Part shown: positions 40,621 through 53,184 of the stretch, in pieces
How positions within the stretch are numbered: the stretch's first letter is position 1
Layout: each line of letters opens with the position of its first letter
NCBI GenBank assembly: GCA_035221665.1
Contig: CM069132.1
Coordinates: 63,054,001 to 63,118,000, forward strand
Source: Okamejei kenojei
Lineage: Eukaryota
Length of the DNA stretch: 64,000 nucleotides
Direction of reading: 5' to 3'
Notes under the pieces: model-generated
What the model saw: only the letters and a program-made list of their open reading frames with translations
Database searches by the model: none
What the model was told of the DNA's origin: nothing
Position numbers and translations under genes: made by a program

Positions 40621-41999
40621 CATTCTGCCCTCCGGCTAGCCCAGTGGCATCCTGTTAGTGATCTGATTTGGTGAAAACTTAATTTTACAAGAGTAACATT
40701 GTGTATTTTTACCTGTTAGATAATTTTTTATCAATATGGGGGAAATAACCTGTGCAAGACCACCTCTGGTGAGGTTAATTAGGACTTTTACATTTTTTTG
40801 CATCCGAGTTGGCCAAATCAAGTGTTAAATGTTAATTGCTAAAAATCATGTTACATTGATCAGTTATTGAAAATTCAGCTGCACTAATCATTCCATGATA
40901 TTATCTTTTCAGAACATACTGAGTAAAAACTGCAGTAAAACCATAACAATTTGTCTTTGTTCCTGTAACAATAAAGCAACAATTGGAATGTCAAGGCTGA
41001 ATATCTGCAATATGCATCATACTTAGATATTTTGCTGAAGTTTAAGTGTAAACTTGAAGTTTCAATTGGATATTTTATTTGTCTTTGTGCCTTTTAAGTA
41101 TTAATTTCTTGAAATTAATTAGAACCACAATCCAACTTTAAATGAAACTGTTTGACCTGCAAAAAAGCATTCTTTGAGAATTCAAACCAATGAATAAATT
41201 CCGAAATCACCAGAAAAATGTGAGTGTTAATTACAGTGGGTCCATTTTCAAATGCGGCATAATTGAAAATGAATTAAACCTCTTGTTTATGATAATTAAC
41301 ATTGTTTCTCGGATTTATTTAATTATGAATTGGATTTGAAGTGAGAATCACTCTTATTTCTATACCCAATGTAATTTACTATTGGAAATATGGCATTGCA
41401 TTAAAAATCACGTCCATTAAATGTGAGTGTATGGCTTAGTGCCCACTCCTCTTCATTTTTTATTTGCATGAATAAGACTTGTGTATCAAGAACAAGTAGC
41501 AGATTCTTGCAATTCCTGTACTTCGATTTAAAAAAAACGATTTCTCAGAAGTCAAAAAGCACGCAGTTAAAGGTTTTGTCTTCGTTTTGATCCTCGCTAT
41601 CCCATTTGACAAGTTGTTTTGGTGTCATTTAATGGAGGGAAGCATTACTCTAGAATTAGTTCTTGTAATTGACAGCTATTTAAACTCCTTGATGTTGTGA
41701 GCAGTTCTTCATTCGAATAATGGAATGATTATTTCATCCATATTGTTTCTTGGTAGTTCTACTTTGTACCATTTTCATATTGAGTATTAGTCTGAATTTT
41801 TGTCTACAAACATTTCATTTTCATACTGCAGTTTTTTTGTAAATGAAGTGCAGAATGGCCTTTGTTGTTTAAACCTAAAGGTTGTCACTCAGAGCATGAC
41901 TTAAAATATCAGGGATTTTTTCATTCTTGTGGTTTAGAACTATACTCTTGAGAAACGAATAACCAATTAATTTAGTTGTTTTAGTTTGTACCCAAGCCA

Positions 42000-42890
42000 G
42001 AACATAAAACAGTACAGAAACCGGCTCAGTTGCACAGTTAAACTTTTCTCCTCTGCCTGTGTGTAATCCGTATCCCTCCATTCTCTGTGTGCCTATCCAA
42101 AGGTTTCTTAAATACCACTATCATATCTGCTGCCAACACCGGTAGCGCATTCTAAGCACCCGCCGCTCTGTTTTTTAAAAAAAAACTTGGCCCACACATC
42201 TTCTGTAAACTTTGCTCCACTTGTGTTAATGCTATGTCTCTTAGTTTTTGACATATCGGGAAGGGGGTGATTGGTGGTTCTGACTGTCTACCTTCTCTGT
42301 TTTATTTTGTTTCTATCGTGTCTCTCAGTCGCCGGCGTTCCAGAGAAAATGAACCAAGTTTGTCCAAATTCTCCTTGTAGCTAGTACCCTCTAATCCAGC
42401 CAGCCTTCGGATAACCATCCTTGGCACTCTCTCCCCATCCTTCCTGTAATGGAGTGACAACTGCGCACAGTACTCCAGGTGTGGCCTCATCAATGAATGA
42501 CGGACCTGCATTATGGTTTTCTGAATCTTTTACTCGGTGCACTGTCATTGAAGACGAGCATACCATTTGCCTCCTTTACCACTGTGTCTACTTGTGTTGG
42601 GAGCTATGAGCTCAGACCCCAAGATCCCTCTGTACATCAATGATGTTAATTGATGTACATCAACTAATACTTTACTCTTGGATTCAATGTTCACAAAATG
42701 CAACATGTCAGACTTGCTTGGCTTAAACTCCATCTGCCATTTATCCTGCCATTTCTGTCGCTGATCTATATCTTTATACTTTGGCAAGCTTCCTCACAAA
42801 TCCTGGTGCCCAGTCCATCTATGTTTATGTCCAAGTCATTTATGACAGACAACAGAGGTCCCAGCACAGATCCCTGCAGGACTCCACTTA
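42000..42890 (-). mobile_element. Degraded CR1-type LINE fragment
   Basis: Minus-strand KWQMEFKPSKSDMLHF, RPHLEYCAQ and FSLERRRLR motifs. Confidence 0.8.
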
Positions 42891-43418
42891 AAGAAAACAA
42901 TGACTCAATAATTGGAATTCCTTTTTAAACATTATTTGACAGAGTGAGATGTGTCCAGTCCTTTATTAAATCTTGTGGATTGGGTTGTATTCAAAAGATG
43001 GACTTTAACATCTTGGTTTTGCAAATGGGTAATATTGCTTATTTTCTGAATCTGTATATTTGGGCGAAGCTCCACTATAGATATGAAGTACTGGAAACGG
43101 GAGGTTTGGCTGCATCTAGGAAAGACATGGTTCATTTTTCATATTGAAACCTCTTCCATCAGATTGGTGCCATTTTACTTAAGGAAATGAAACCTAAATT
43201 GTACTAATTTAAATTACTGTGGTGTATTCAAAGGAAACTGTCAGTCTTTAAGATGAGAGGAATTGGATAATGTTGTACTTTCCTGCAAGAGCAGAAGATT
43301 GCATGGCATTTAAGATGGAATAGTGATCAAAATAACCAGGATTTGTCGTACTATAGTTCATTGTTTCCCATGCAAACTGATTGAATTTCGTGATCATTTA
43401 AAAAACATTTAATTCTAG

Positions 43419-43462
43419 GAAACTATGGAGGAGGAGGATATGGTGGCCGTAACAGATACTAA
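43419..43462 (+). CDS. HNRNPA2B1: HNRNPA2B1 last coding exon
   Basis: (G)NYGGGGYGGRNRY-TAA (43460-43462). The exon runs to the donor ATG|GTAAGT at 43482. Joined CDS is 963 nt (320 aa). Confidence 0.94.
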
Positions 43463-43835
43463 TTCAATAACCCATTCCCATGGTAAGTATGCGATCTATC
43501 CTTATTACTGAACATTTTACTGTAAATAGCACCAGTGGCAACCATTTCAAAGTTATTTTTAACACTGTTAGATTTGTTAAATATAGAATGCTTCAAGTAA
43601 TTTAAAAATATACACCATGTATTTGTTCCAGTTAGATATGTCCAACTATTGATAATTGTAGCTGGTTGCATGGGGAGAAATAATGTAGCAACAAATTGTT
43701 TTAATTAACTTTTATGCAAACATAACATTTGGCATAACACTTGAAGGGTTTTGTACCGTTTCAATATATATAGAGTAACCTTGGATTTTTATGATTAACT
43801 GCTGCTTACTGTTTACCTCTATTTTATTGTAACAG

Positions 43836-44330
43836 GCATCACTATATAAATAGGGGAGGATGAGAGCCCAGAGTTTACAGGACAGCTGCAGGTTATTCTC
43901 TCAGCAAAATTTTAAGGAAAAATTTATCTCAGCGGAACATAAAAAGGCAGTGAGATGACGGAAGACTCCAGAGCACAGGCAGAGAAAACCATTTTGTCAA
44001 TGCTTGGGATTGTTTAATTGAGCGGACTCTTGATGTGGAGAAAGGACTGTAAAGATGCCTTGGAGACAGATTTCTAGCTTTTTAAAAATTTCTTTGCTGT
44101 AGTGTCTTTGTAGTGTTCTACACAAGTTCTAATGTGGGATTGTTATGAGTTTGAGGGGATTTTTGACATTTAAATATTCTTAGATGCACTGAGAATTTTG
44201 AGAGCTATGAACCAGGATCATGGAGTTGTAATATTCAGCCTTTCTATGTTAAATATCTGCAGTGTGTAGAGTTTGGAAAATGTTGTATGTCCACAATAAC
44301 TTTAATAAAATCCCCAAAAAAAGAAAAGGG
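43836..44330 (+). other. HNRNPA2B1: HNRNPA2B1 non-coding 3'UTR exon
   Basis: AACAG acceptor. GCATCACTATATAAATAGGGGAGGATGAGAGCCCAGAG... closely resembles the human 3'UTR as I recall it. Ends near AATAAA. Confidence 0.85.
44304..44309 (+). terminator. HNRNPA2B1: HNRNPA2B1 proximal polyadenylation signal
   Basis: AATAAA with upstream TGTA motifs and a downstream GTGTGT/T-rich element. Confidence 0.75.
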
Positions 44331-44985
44331 GTGTGTAATTGTTTTCTTAGGTAGATATATTCTGGGTGGGTAAATGTTAAGCTTTTGACACAGCCAGAGA
44401 AATACAAGGACTGCTAAGCAGGCAAAAGGTGCAGAGATGAATCGTCAATTCCTCAGAATTCTTTTTAAACTGCTAGAACTGAGAATGGTTTCTGCGAAAT
44501 GGAGAGATCCCTTAGATCGTATAGATACAGCAGCTACTTCATCGGCCAGCAAAGGCAAGATCCGACGTTAAACAGCAAGTGGTTTACACTTCCAAGAATA
44601 CAGGTCTAGCACAAGAAGTCTGGACAAAGAAGCCTAATTTCAGCCAGCACTCTAATAACAGTGAGCGATATTCACGGATCAAAAGCTATAACTACAGTAA
44701 ATTTAAAGACGAGGCCAACGAAAACAGATGTCTTATAGAGCAGAATAGAGCTAAGCATCAGTTAAACTTCACCATGTAGGTAAGATATTATTTAATTGTC
44801 TTATTTTACAGAAGTGATGAGGTCAATTCTTAGCTCATAGCAAACTAGCAGATAACTGTTTTGAATTTGCTAGGAAATATAGTACAATGTGTGGGAATTT
44901 CTTTACACCATATTCTCTGCAAGATCATGCACAAAACGAATGGTTGCTTTGTGCCCGACTAATAACCTTTTCTGTGCCATTTAAG

Positions 44986-45188
44986 GTTTTAGTATCTCAA
45001 AATGGGTGTTGATTGTCCACTGGACCTTAGAGCTGCCAGACTTGATTCCACATGTGATCAGAAACATCCTCAGCCAGCATCTGACTTATGTCAACTGGTC
45101 TGAGCTGCACTGAAACTGAAATCACAGTGGTGAGGGCAGTGATCTTGGCTATAAGCCACATGATGAGTTTTGTTCTCTGCTGAAGTAG
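44986..45188 (+). other. Candidate non-coding cassette exon in the extended HNRNPA2B1 3'UTR
   Basis: Branch-like GACTAAT 44957-44963, a pyrimidine tract, AAG acceptor and TAG|GTAAGT donor. Confidence 0.55.
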
Positions 45189-46007
45189 GTAAGTATATGG
45201 AACTGAATGGTATGTTAACATTGATTTTAAAATACCTGAGCTTTACATCTGGTGAATTTTCAGATACATTTTGTCCCAGGATCTATCTGAATGTGTTGGT
45301 ATTTGGTGAAGTACGTTTAATAACGTTAGGATTAACTTTTAATCTTTTGTTGTTTATTAATATAAAATTCATGGGTAATGTTTGAGGATGGGACATTTTG
45401 TAGCTTGCCATCACTATTCTTGGGTTTTTGTGTTCCGTGTGTGCATCAAATGGTTATACTGGAACATTTTTTGTGCAGCATTATATCAAATTTTGCCAGA
45501 ATTCATGGTTAACTGGATATTTTATTTTGCCAGAAATAAATTATATGGCATGCATGATTTTTTTAAAATGATAGACAATCTGAGCAGACAAATTACTTCC
45601 CCTTGCGAGAAGTCCTTAATCTTGCAACAGAATATATTTAATGAGTGGTATCGGAAGTTTATTTACTTGAAAGGAAATGTTCTGTACACAGGTTCTGCTT
45701 ATTGTGTGCTAGTGACCGACACAGAACCCAAGTAGATAAACATCTTTAGATATTTGGTTCATTTGCAACATTTAATATTTTCAGGAATAGCAACTTGGAT
45801 TTATTTGATGGTATCCAGCTGTAAAATGTGTTAAGGTTAGTGGGACTGGATAAATTTATCAGTGTTTCAAGTTGCTTGTTTTATTTTCCTGTGAATGATC
45901 ATCAAGCACACCCTAGTAGGCTGAAATTTGAAGAGAGTTGTCTCAGTATCTTTGTTAGTTGATGGCCTAGTTTTGATATTTTCAGAAAAATATGGGAAAA
46001 GAGGAAG

Positions 46008-46231
46008 TGTTGAAGAAGGAACTGCAGATGCTGGAGAATCGAGGGTTACACAAAAAGCGGGAGAAACTCAGCGGGTGCAGCAGCATCTAAGGAGCGAAGG
46101 AGATAGGCGACGTTTCGGGTCGAGACCCTTCTTCAGACTGAAGAAGGGTCTCGACCCGAAACGTCGCCTGTCTCCTTCGCTCCTTAGATGCTGCTGCACC
46201 CGCTGAGTTTCTCCAGCTTTTTGTGTAACCC
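46008..46231 (+). mobile_element. Fold-back PLE mini-element with two back-to-back hammerhead cores
   Basis: 15-bp TSD TGGGAAAAGAGGAAG (45993-46007, 46232-46246). 94-bp arms 46043-46136 and 46138-46231 with 2 mismatches. Cores at 46109-46136 (minus) and 46138-46165 (plus). Confidence 0.92.
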
Positions 46232-46519
46232 TGGGAAAAGAGGAAGCTTGATCATTCACCTCTACGGTGGTTGAAATCTGGAACACATGAGGCTAGTTGG
46301 TGGACTTTCAACTGTTTAGTATTTAGATGGACACGTACAGTGCCATTGGCATAGAGAATGCTTCAAGCTGAATACTGGAAAATGGGATTAGTATAGAGTC
46401 AAAGGGACTTTCCATGCTGTCTAATTATATATTTTTAAACCACAGAAAAATAACTCTTAAAACTGCGATTAAATTTAATACTGCCTAAGAAAGTTTCAGG
46501 AATTTAGTTTTTTGAGGTT

Positions 46520-46750
46520 CTTCTTTCTTTACTCAGAGGGTGGTGGCTGTGTGGAATGAGCTTCCAGCAGAAGTGGTGGAGGCAGGATCGATTTTAACAT
46601 TTAAGAGTAAAGTGGATAGGTATATGGACGTGAAGGGAATGGAGGGGTATGGTCTGAGTGCAGGTAGATGGGACTAGGGGAAACAAATGGTCGGCACGGA
46701 CTGGAAGGGCCGAGAGGGCCTGTTTCCGTGCTGTAACTGTTATATGGTTA
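46520..46750 (+). mobile_element. CR1-type LINE 3' end
   Basis: FFTQRVVAVWNELPAEVVEAGSILTFK followed by the 3' stem-loop and a GTTATATG tail. Confidence 0.85.
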
Positions 46751-49053
46751 AAATGTGATACTTTGAAAAGAAATAGGATTGGATTTGAAAATTTGACAAA
46801 AATGTGTTGGGTTGCAATGGCTGAATAGACCCCTTCTTTATTTGCTTTTGTTGTTCAGTAGTGGTGCATTAGTTTTACTGAGCCGTTCTGGTTACTCAAA
46901 CAGCATGTGCCAATTGGGGTGTTCATTTGGGAACAAATCTAGTCTCAGGATAATTTTTAATCAGAAATCCCATGAGTGATGCTAGTTGAATCTTGTATGT
47001 GAATCATTTGAAGAGGAGTTATTTGAATTCATTAGTTTTTGATTTGTTTATTTTCAGCAATATTTCTGTGGATATGGAACTTACATTTGGATTGTTTCTT
47101 TTCTTTCTACCTTTGCAGGATCTGATACGGAACAGTGGATCATGAACATTTTTGGCAAGGAAGCTGAGTTGTGTGAATTAATTGCTTTGCATTCAGTGAC
47201 AGGCTTTAAAGATGGTTTTGACCTGTCTAATTTGCTTAGTTTCTCATACGGCAGGCCTGCCATCCTTGGAACTAGTCTGAGTTTTTAAACCTGAGTCCAA
47301 AATTGTGCACAATATGTCAAGTACAATCTCACAAAGGTCGTGTATGATTGCAGTAAAACATCTTTACTCCATGTTTTGAAATGCTGCTGTGATAAAAGCC
47401 ATCAGCTTTTCAGATTGCTTAAGCATCTGCATGTTGGCTTTAAGTGAGTTTACAGGAATACATTGGACCCTTTGAACATCAGTATTATCCAGTCTATTTA
47501 TATTTTATATTACCTACTTTTCTATTATGTGCTCAAAAGGAGCTGTCCTACTTATTTTGGTAATGGTAGTTTTTGCCAAACCAGACTGTCTATATTCCCC
47601 TTGAATGCATCCTCCCAATTCTCAGTTCCATCCAATTTTGTATTCAGCCATAAACTTGGAAATAGGATTAAACATTGCTAAATTGTTGGTAGATTATAAA
47701 TAACTGGTACTTCAGCACCAGTGTAGATCACCCACCCCCCACTTCACTGCCAGTCAATCTGAGAGCTGTTTGTTACTTTTCTCATTTCTGTCTGATGAAA
47801 TTCATTAGCACTTAATTGTCTGAAAGATACTCTGACCATTTTCCAAAATACGTCAGATGTAGCCAAAAAACTTAAGATGTAGATGCAAATGTTGTGACTG
47901 AACATGTTTGATTTTTTTTTGAAATGGGGAAAACTGAAACCTTTGTGTTCATATCCATGTTTAGTTATGTCCTCTACAGCTGGTAAATGGCATAGTGGTA
48001 TTAGGAGCAAATGTGGAAAGGTTAATGGTGAATAAAAGCCATGGATGGATGATTGTGCTTCCAGGACTGGTGAGATTGTTGCATAAGTTCTGGATGAACC
48101 ATTAGGAGTTGATGTTAACAGGGCATTCGTGCATTAACAAAATCTGTGTTTTAAGGCCATCGTACTCTGCCAATTAGAAGAACAAAGGAATGGATCTGTG
48201 AGAGCCAGAAATGTCTACTTGGTTGGTATATGATTAGAATATATGGCAATGGGTCAAATTAGCTTACAACTCTGCACTCGTGTAAAACGTAAAATTCAAA
48301 TCAACAATATAGTTTTTTTTAAGTAATAGACTGCAATGTTTAAATTATGCATGGCTTCATTGGTCAAAGTATAGAATACCAATGCAGTGGTGCCACAAGA
48401 AACAAAGTTATGTGTACTTTGCAAGGGTGTTTTGTATTCGGTTTTTATCACAAAGATTTTGTGGTGCTAGTTGCAAAGTAGATCTACAAGGAGATTGCCA
48501 GGGCTGGAGAACCACAAGCATAGTTTTGAGGAGAAGCTGGGTATATTTGAAGTGTTTCTTTTGGAGCAAAGAAAACTGAAAGCGAATCTAATTAGCATGT
48601 ATAGAATTGATGCAAAAAATGAGTAAAAGTTGGGTAATGATGGATGGAGCATTAATAGAACAATTAGAGGAGAATCAAAGACTGCTTCAATCGAGTTGAG
48701 GTCAAGACCTTGTAACTTAAAGGTGGTGGAGGAAGAAACATTAATACTTAAAAATGTCAGGTATATGTACTTGCTGCACAACATTGGATGTTATGACTTA
48801 ACAGCTGAGAATTAGTAAACCTTTGTTTAGTATGGAAATGGGCCAAATGGCCACTGCTCTGATACTGTATGTCATCAGTATGTTTGAAACTGGCAGTGCA
48901 ATAGGCTTGCGTTATATCGATTAGTTACAACCTTGTGTTCTGATTTCCTTTAGTAGTTTGGAAGAATGCTTTTAATCTTCCTGGGCTGAGGGCAATATTT
49001 GAGCTAGTATAGAATAACAATAATTGCCAAGGAGATCTGGATGTCAAGAGTAA

Positions 49054-51740
49054 TGGCCCTGTCTCACGGTGCGAGTCCACCCACGAGTGACCCCAAGTGA
49101 AAGAAAAAAAGACTCGAGGTTATGTACGAGATTACAAGTTTATGTTTAAGTGTTTAACCGAGTTCCCACGGGTATGTCATTTCTGCGATGTTGCAAGTTC
49201 CTCTCCCGAGTTACCAAGTTCCTCTCCCGTTACTCTTGAGCCAACCGTGAATGAAGGCTTTTTGTTCAATGGGCTGATTATTCCCCGCGGACATAAATTG
49301 GCCCTGTTTTGAAGCCGGTCAGAAAATAGACGAGCAACAAGTGAAATGCCAACTAACCGCTGATTGACATTTGCAGAGGATCGGCGATTGGCGCGACTGT
49401 TGCAACATGAAAGATCAAACATCTATCTGAAATGAGATTTATAGTACTATGACAGATGTTCGTTTTGACAACAGAAACTCCTTTTTTTTTGTGGCTCGGC
49501 CAATAAGTTGAAATGCGCTGAAGCATGTTTCCCCATTACCGCTGATAGCCAGCCTCGCGAAACTATTCTGGACAATTCATCTAAATTGCTGCTGAGTAGG
49601 AATGCGGCCTTTAAGTTAACTCGACTTACAAGATATGCATCAGCTTTTTTATGTTAATAAAAGTACGAATTATTGACAATGCAAGCGTTTTAAATATACA
49701 AAGCTCCGGGAAAGTTCACGGTAGTGATATTTGAAAAAACACGATACGGCCAACATGAAACATAACAGAAACCTAAATGAACAGAGACTTGTGGTGCAAT
49801 GGTAAAGTGACTAAATCATTCTGGTATCTATAGCGTGCAATGTTCGGAAGGCAGGCTAGACTTGAATTGCCAGCGGCACCTCGCATTGAACTTCGTGAGA
49901 ATGAGTTTTACGTGGGATTGCAATAAGCGTGCAATGATAAGATCTGCATATGTTCAGTGGGATCCACGTGGAAAAGCTTTGTGATCCAGCAGCCGCCGAC
50001 CATGCTCTAGTGACACTCAACACATTGGTGTTCCCGTGCAGCTTTACATCAGAATAAACCAACTGGAGTAACTCAGCGGGACAGGCAGCATCTCTGGAGA
50101 GAAGGAATGGGTGACATTTCGGGTCGAGACCCTTCTTCAGTGTTTTGTTCTGGTGTAGAGCTGAACGCCAAAGTGTTGAGTGTCACTAGAATATGGACGA
50201 CGGCAGCCTGTCCCGCTGAGTGACTCCAGCATTTTGCGTCTATCTTCGGTTTGAAGCAGCATCTGCAGCTGCTTCCTACAGCCTGACACCAGGTTGGCCC
50301 GAGGATGGTGCCCTATCTATTGTGTATCAGATTAGAAACCCGACGTTCATGCTATATTGTGCGGGAAGGGAACTGCAGATGCTGGTTTACACCGAAGATA
50401 GACACAAAAAGCTGGAGTAACACAGCGGCTCAGGCAGCATCTCTGGAGAAACGAAATAGGTGAGTTTTCGGGTTGGTTCTTCAGACACTATACCGTCTTA
50501 TCCCTTTCATGTGTGTAGTTCAGACACTATACCGTCTTATCCCTTTCATGTGTGACTCGGGTCTCTGGCGCTGTGAGGCAGCAACTCTACTGCTGGGCCT
50601 CCAACGTGACAATCCAATTTTTTGAATGAAGTTAGCTGCTTCACCGAGGAGCAGGTGCAGTAGAACGAGAATGAACGGATTTGCCAGCGGTGACATTGCA
50701 GCCGGGGTCTGGGGAAGACAGAGGGGAACAATGAGGACACGGAAGTTTAGTGGGGAATCTCATTGGTAATTATGTGGGAAGGAAGTCCAGATGCTGGTTT
50801 AAAGATAGACAAAATGCTGGAGTAACTCAGCGGGACAGGTAGCATCTCTGGGTAGTGGTCTAAGGAAGGGTCTCGACCCGATATATCATCATTCCTTCTC
50901 TCCGGAGATGCTGCCTGTCCCGCTGAGTTACTCCAGAATTGTGTGTGTGTGTGAGTTACTCCAGCATTGTTCGTGTGTGTGCGAGTTACTCCAGCATTGT
51001 TCGTGTGTATGTGTGTGAGTTACTCCAGCATTGTGTGTGTATATGAGTTACCCCAGCATTGTGTGTGTGTGCAAGTTACTACAGCATTGTGTGTGTGCGT
51101 GTGCGAGTTACCCCAGCATTGTGTGTGTGTGCGACTTACTCCAGCATTGTGTGTGCGACTTACTCCAGCATTGTGTGTGCGAGTTACCCCAGCATTGTGT
51201 GTGTGTGTGTGTGTGCGAGTTACTCCAGCATTGTGTGTGTGAGTTACCCCAGCGTTGTGTGTGTGTGTGTGTGTTACTCCAGCATTGTGTGTGTGTGTGA
51301 GTTACCCCAGCATTGTGTGTGTGTGTGTGAATCATGAATTGCCAAGACACAAGGCACTGTAGATACAAATAATGTCATACACAAGAAATGGCAGATGCTA
51401 GCTGAAAAAAGTGAACACATGGGGCAGGAGAAATTTGGAAATGTCGTCCCGTCACCCATTCCTTCTCTCCAGAGATCCTGCCTGCTGAGTTAAAAGAGTT
51501 CCCACGGTAGACTCACAAATCACTAAGGTAAACGCACGGGCCACCACGTCATAAACGAGTTTAAAATTTTTAACTTGAACTGCAAATTGTTACCAAGTTT
51601 CACGGGTACCTGCTGTTAGCACCACAAGTTGCTCAGTTGCTCGCAAGTGTTCCGACGTTCCCGCTACGTTTAGTGTACGTGATTAGCGCGAGTGACAACT
51701 CGGGGTCACTCGTGGGTCAACTCGCACCGTGAGACGGGTT
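49054..51740. mobile_element. Non-autonomous PIF/Harbinger-like transposon carrying nested repeats
   Basis: ~45-bp imperfect TIRs (GTCTCACGGTGCGAGT..ACCCACGAGTGACCCC) with TAA on both flanks (49051-49053, 51741-51743). The interior is CpG-rich and holds several PLE termini. Confidence 0.8.
50925..51330. repeat. Compound minisatellite GAGTTACYCCAGCATT(GT)n, about 14 units
   Basis: Direct inspection. The array starts at the end of a PLE terminal repeat. Confidence 0.92.
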
Positions 51741-53184
51741 TAAGGCCACATGATGTTTGAAGTTAGAGGTGACTGATTGTGAGCAAAGGTATTCCAATGG
51801 GAATTCAAGAGAGAACAGGAGAGGATTGAACAGAAAATATTTTATGCCTGTGGGATTTTGAAGACTCCTGAACAATTCCATTTATTATGCTGCTAACAGG
51901 ATTGCATTTTACATTAGATGGCATCTACAATGTCAATATTGTTGCTATTATGCTGAAAGCTTTACCTATGCTATAAGATATAGTGTACTTGTGCATCCAA
52001 TTAACTAGTAATTTTCCAGTCTTAATTCAATAAATCTAAGACTGCACCACAGCAACTAGTGATCTTAACCAGAAATTTAAAAAAAATCTGGGTTGGAACT
52101 ATTGACTATTTTTTAACGGGAGTTGCATGTAATATAAAACATTTCCATGATCTTTAAACAACGTAACTCATTTTCCTTTCTAACATTTCCTTTTATATTC
52201 TAAATATTTGACCCACTTGATTATAACTGTTATAATCTTGATTTTTTTTTTTAACCTAGGTCTGGCATGACATACATTCAAGTAGATCCCAGTATATGCT
52301 GAGGAATGTAAACAAAATGGGGCCCTGTCATTGAATTGTATGTGAATTCCAGCAACAGTATAGAAACAGATCTGATGCATGTCACTCAGTAAATCTTGGA
52401 ATTGCTGCATATGCAGCATCATTATGGAACTTCTTTCTGAGGGCTGAATGCCAGCAGTTTCCTTGGGAATCACGAGCCGCAGTCAGCACCATTCGACCCA
52501 ATAACCGACTGGCTTGAAAATCAGTAGCAACTTAAAGCATGCATCTAATACAGAAGATAAAGTACGTAATTCACAAATTGGTTAGCTTGCAAATATTGGC
52601 AGACAACTCGAACAACCGTAAAGCTGCTCATGTTAAATCAAGGTAGAAGATAAAAAATTCCACAATTAAAATGTTCTCTGGATTTGTCATTAATGCAACT
52701 GTTTGCATCTTGTATTAAACTTTCAATTTCTCTCAAGATGGTACAGGTCCACCACTGATTTTCAGACACTCCTTATTCCAGAGTGTGGCCTGTTTTTCCA
52801 GACCAGCAAGTCGTTGGGGGTGGGGGGGGGGGGGCTTTCAAAGTCTGCCTTGGATGGCGGCAGATTAGATCTGCCGTGGAAGTCAACTATGGGAATGGAT
52901 CTGCTGGCTATGACCAGACCGGAATTCCAGAGCCCTGGCTGCAGGTGGCAAGTCTTACAGTCTTAAGAGAGTGGAGGAAAACTGGTTATAAATTTTGCTG
53001 GGTTGGGGCTGTCAATGAATTTGAAGACATGATGAACATGGGTAGAACAGTATTGAAATGTGAGCTTCAATGTCAGAATGAGAAGCAAATGGACTGGGCC
53101 TTGAAATATTTGCTCTGTGTACATGCAGCTGAGTGAATGATCATGACGATAAGAGGGCTTTTAAATGCTGTTTTGGTGAGGTCT

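Noticed and set aside
50925-51330. CRISPR-like repeat-spacer array
   Set aside because: The spacers are only (GT)n, the context is a eukaryotic intron-containing locus, and there are no cas genes.
52180-52473. NFE2L3 terminal exon expected from mammalian synteny
   Set aside because: No CNC-bZIP sequence here or anywhere on the minus strand of the window.
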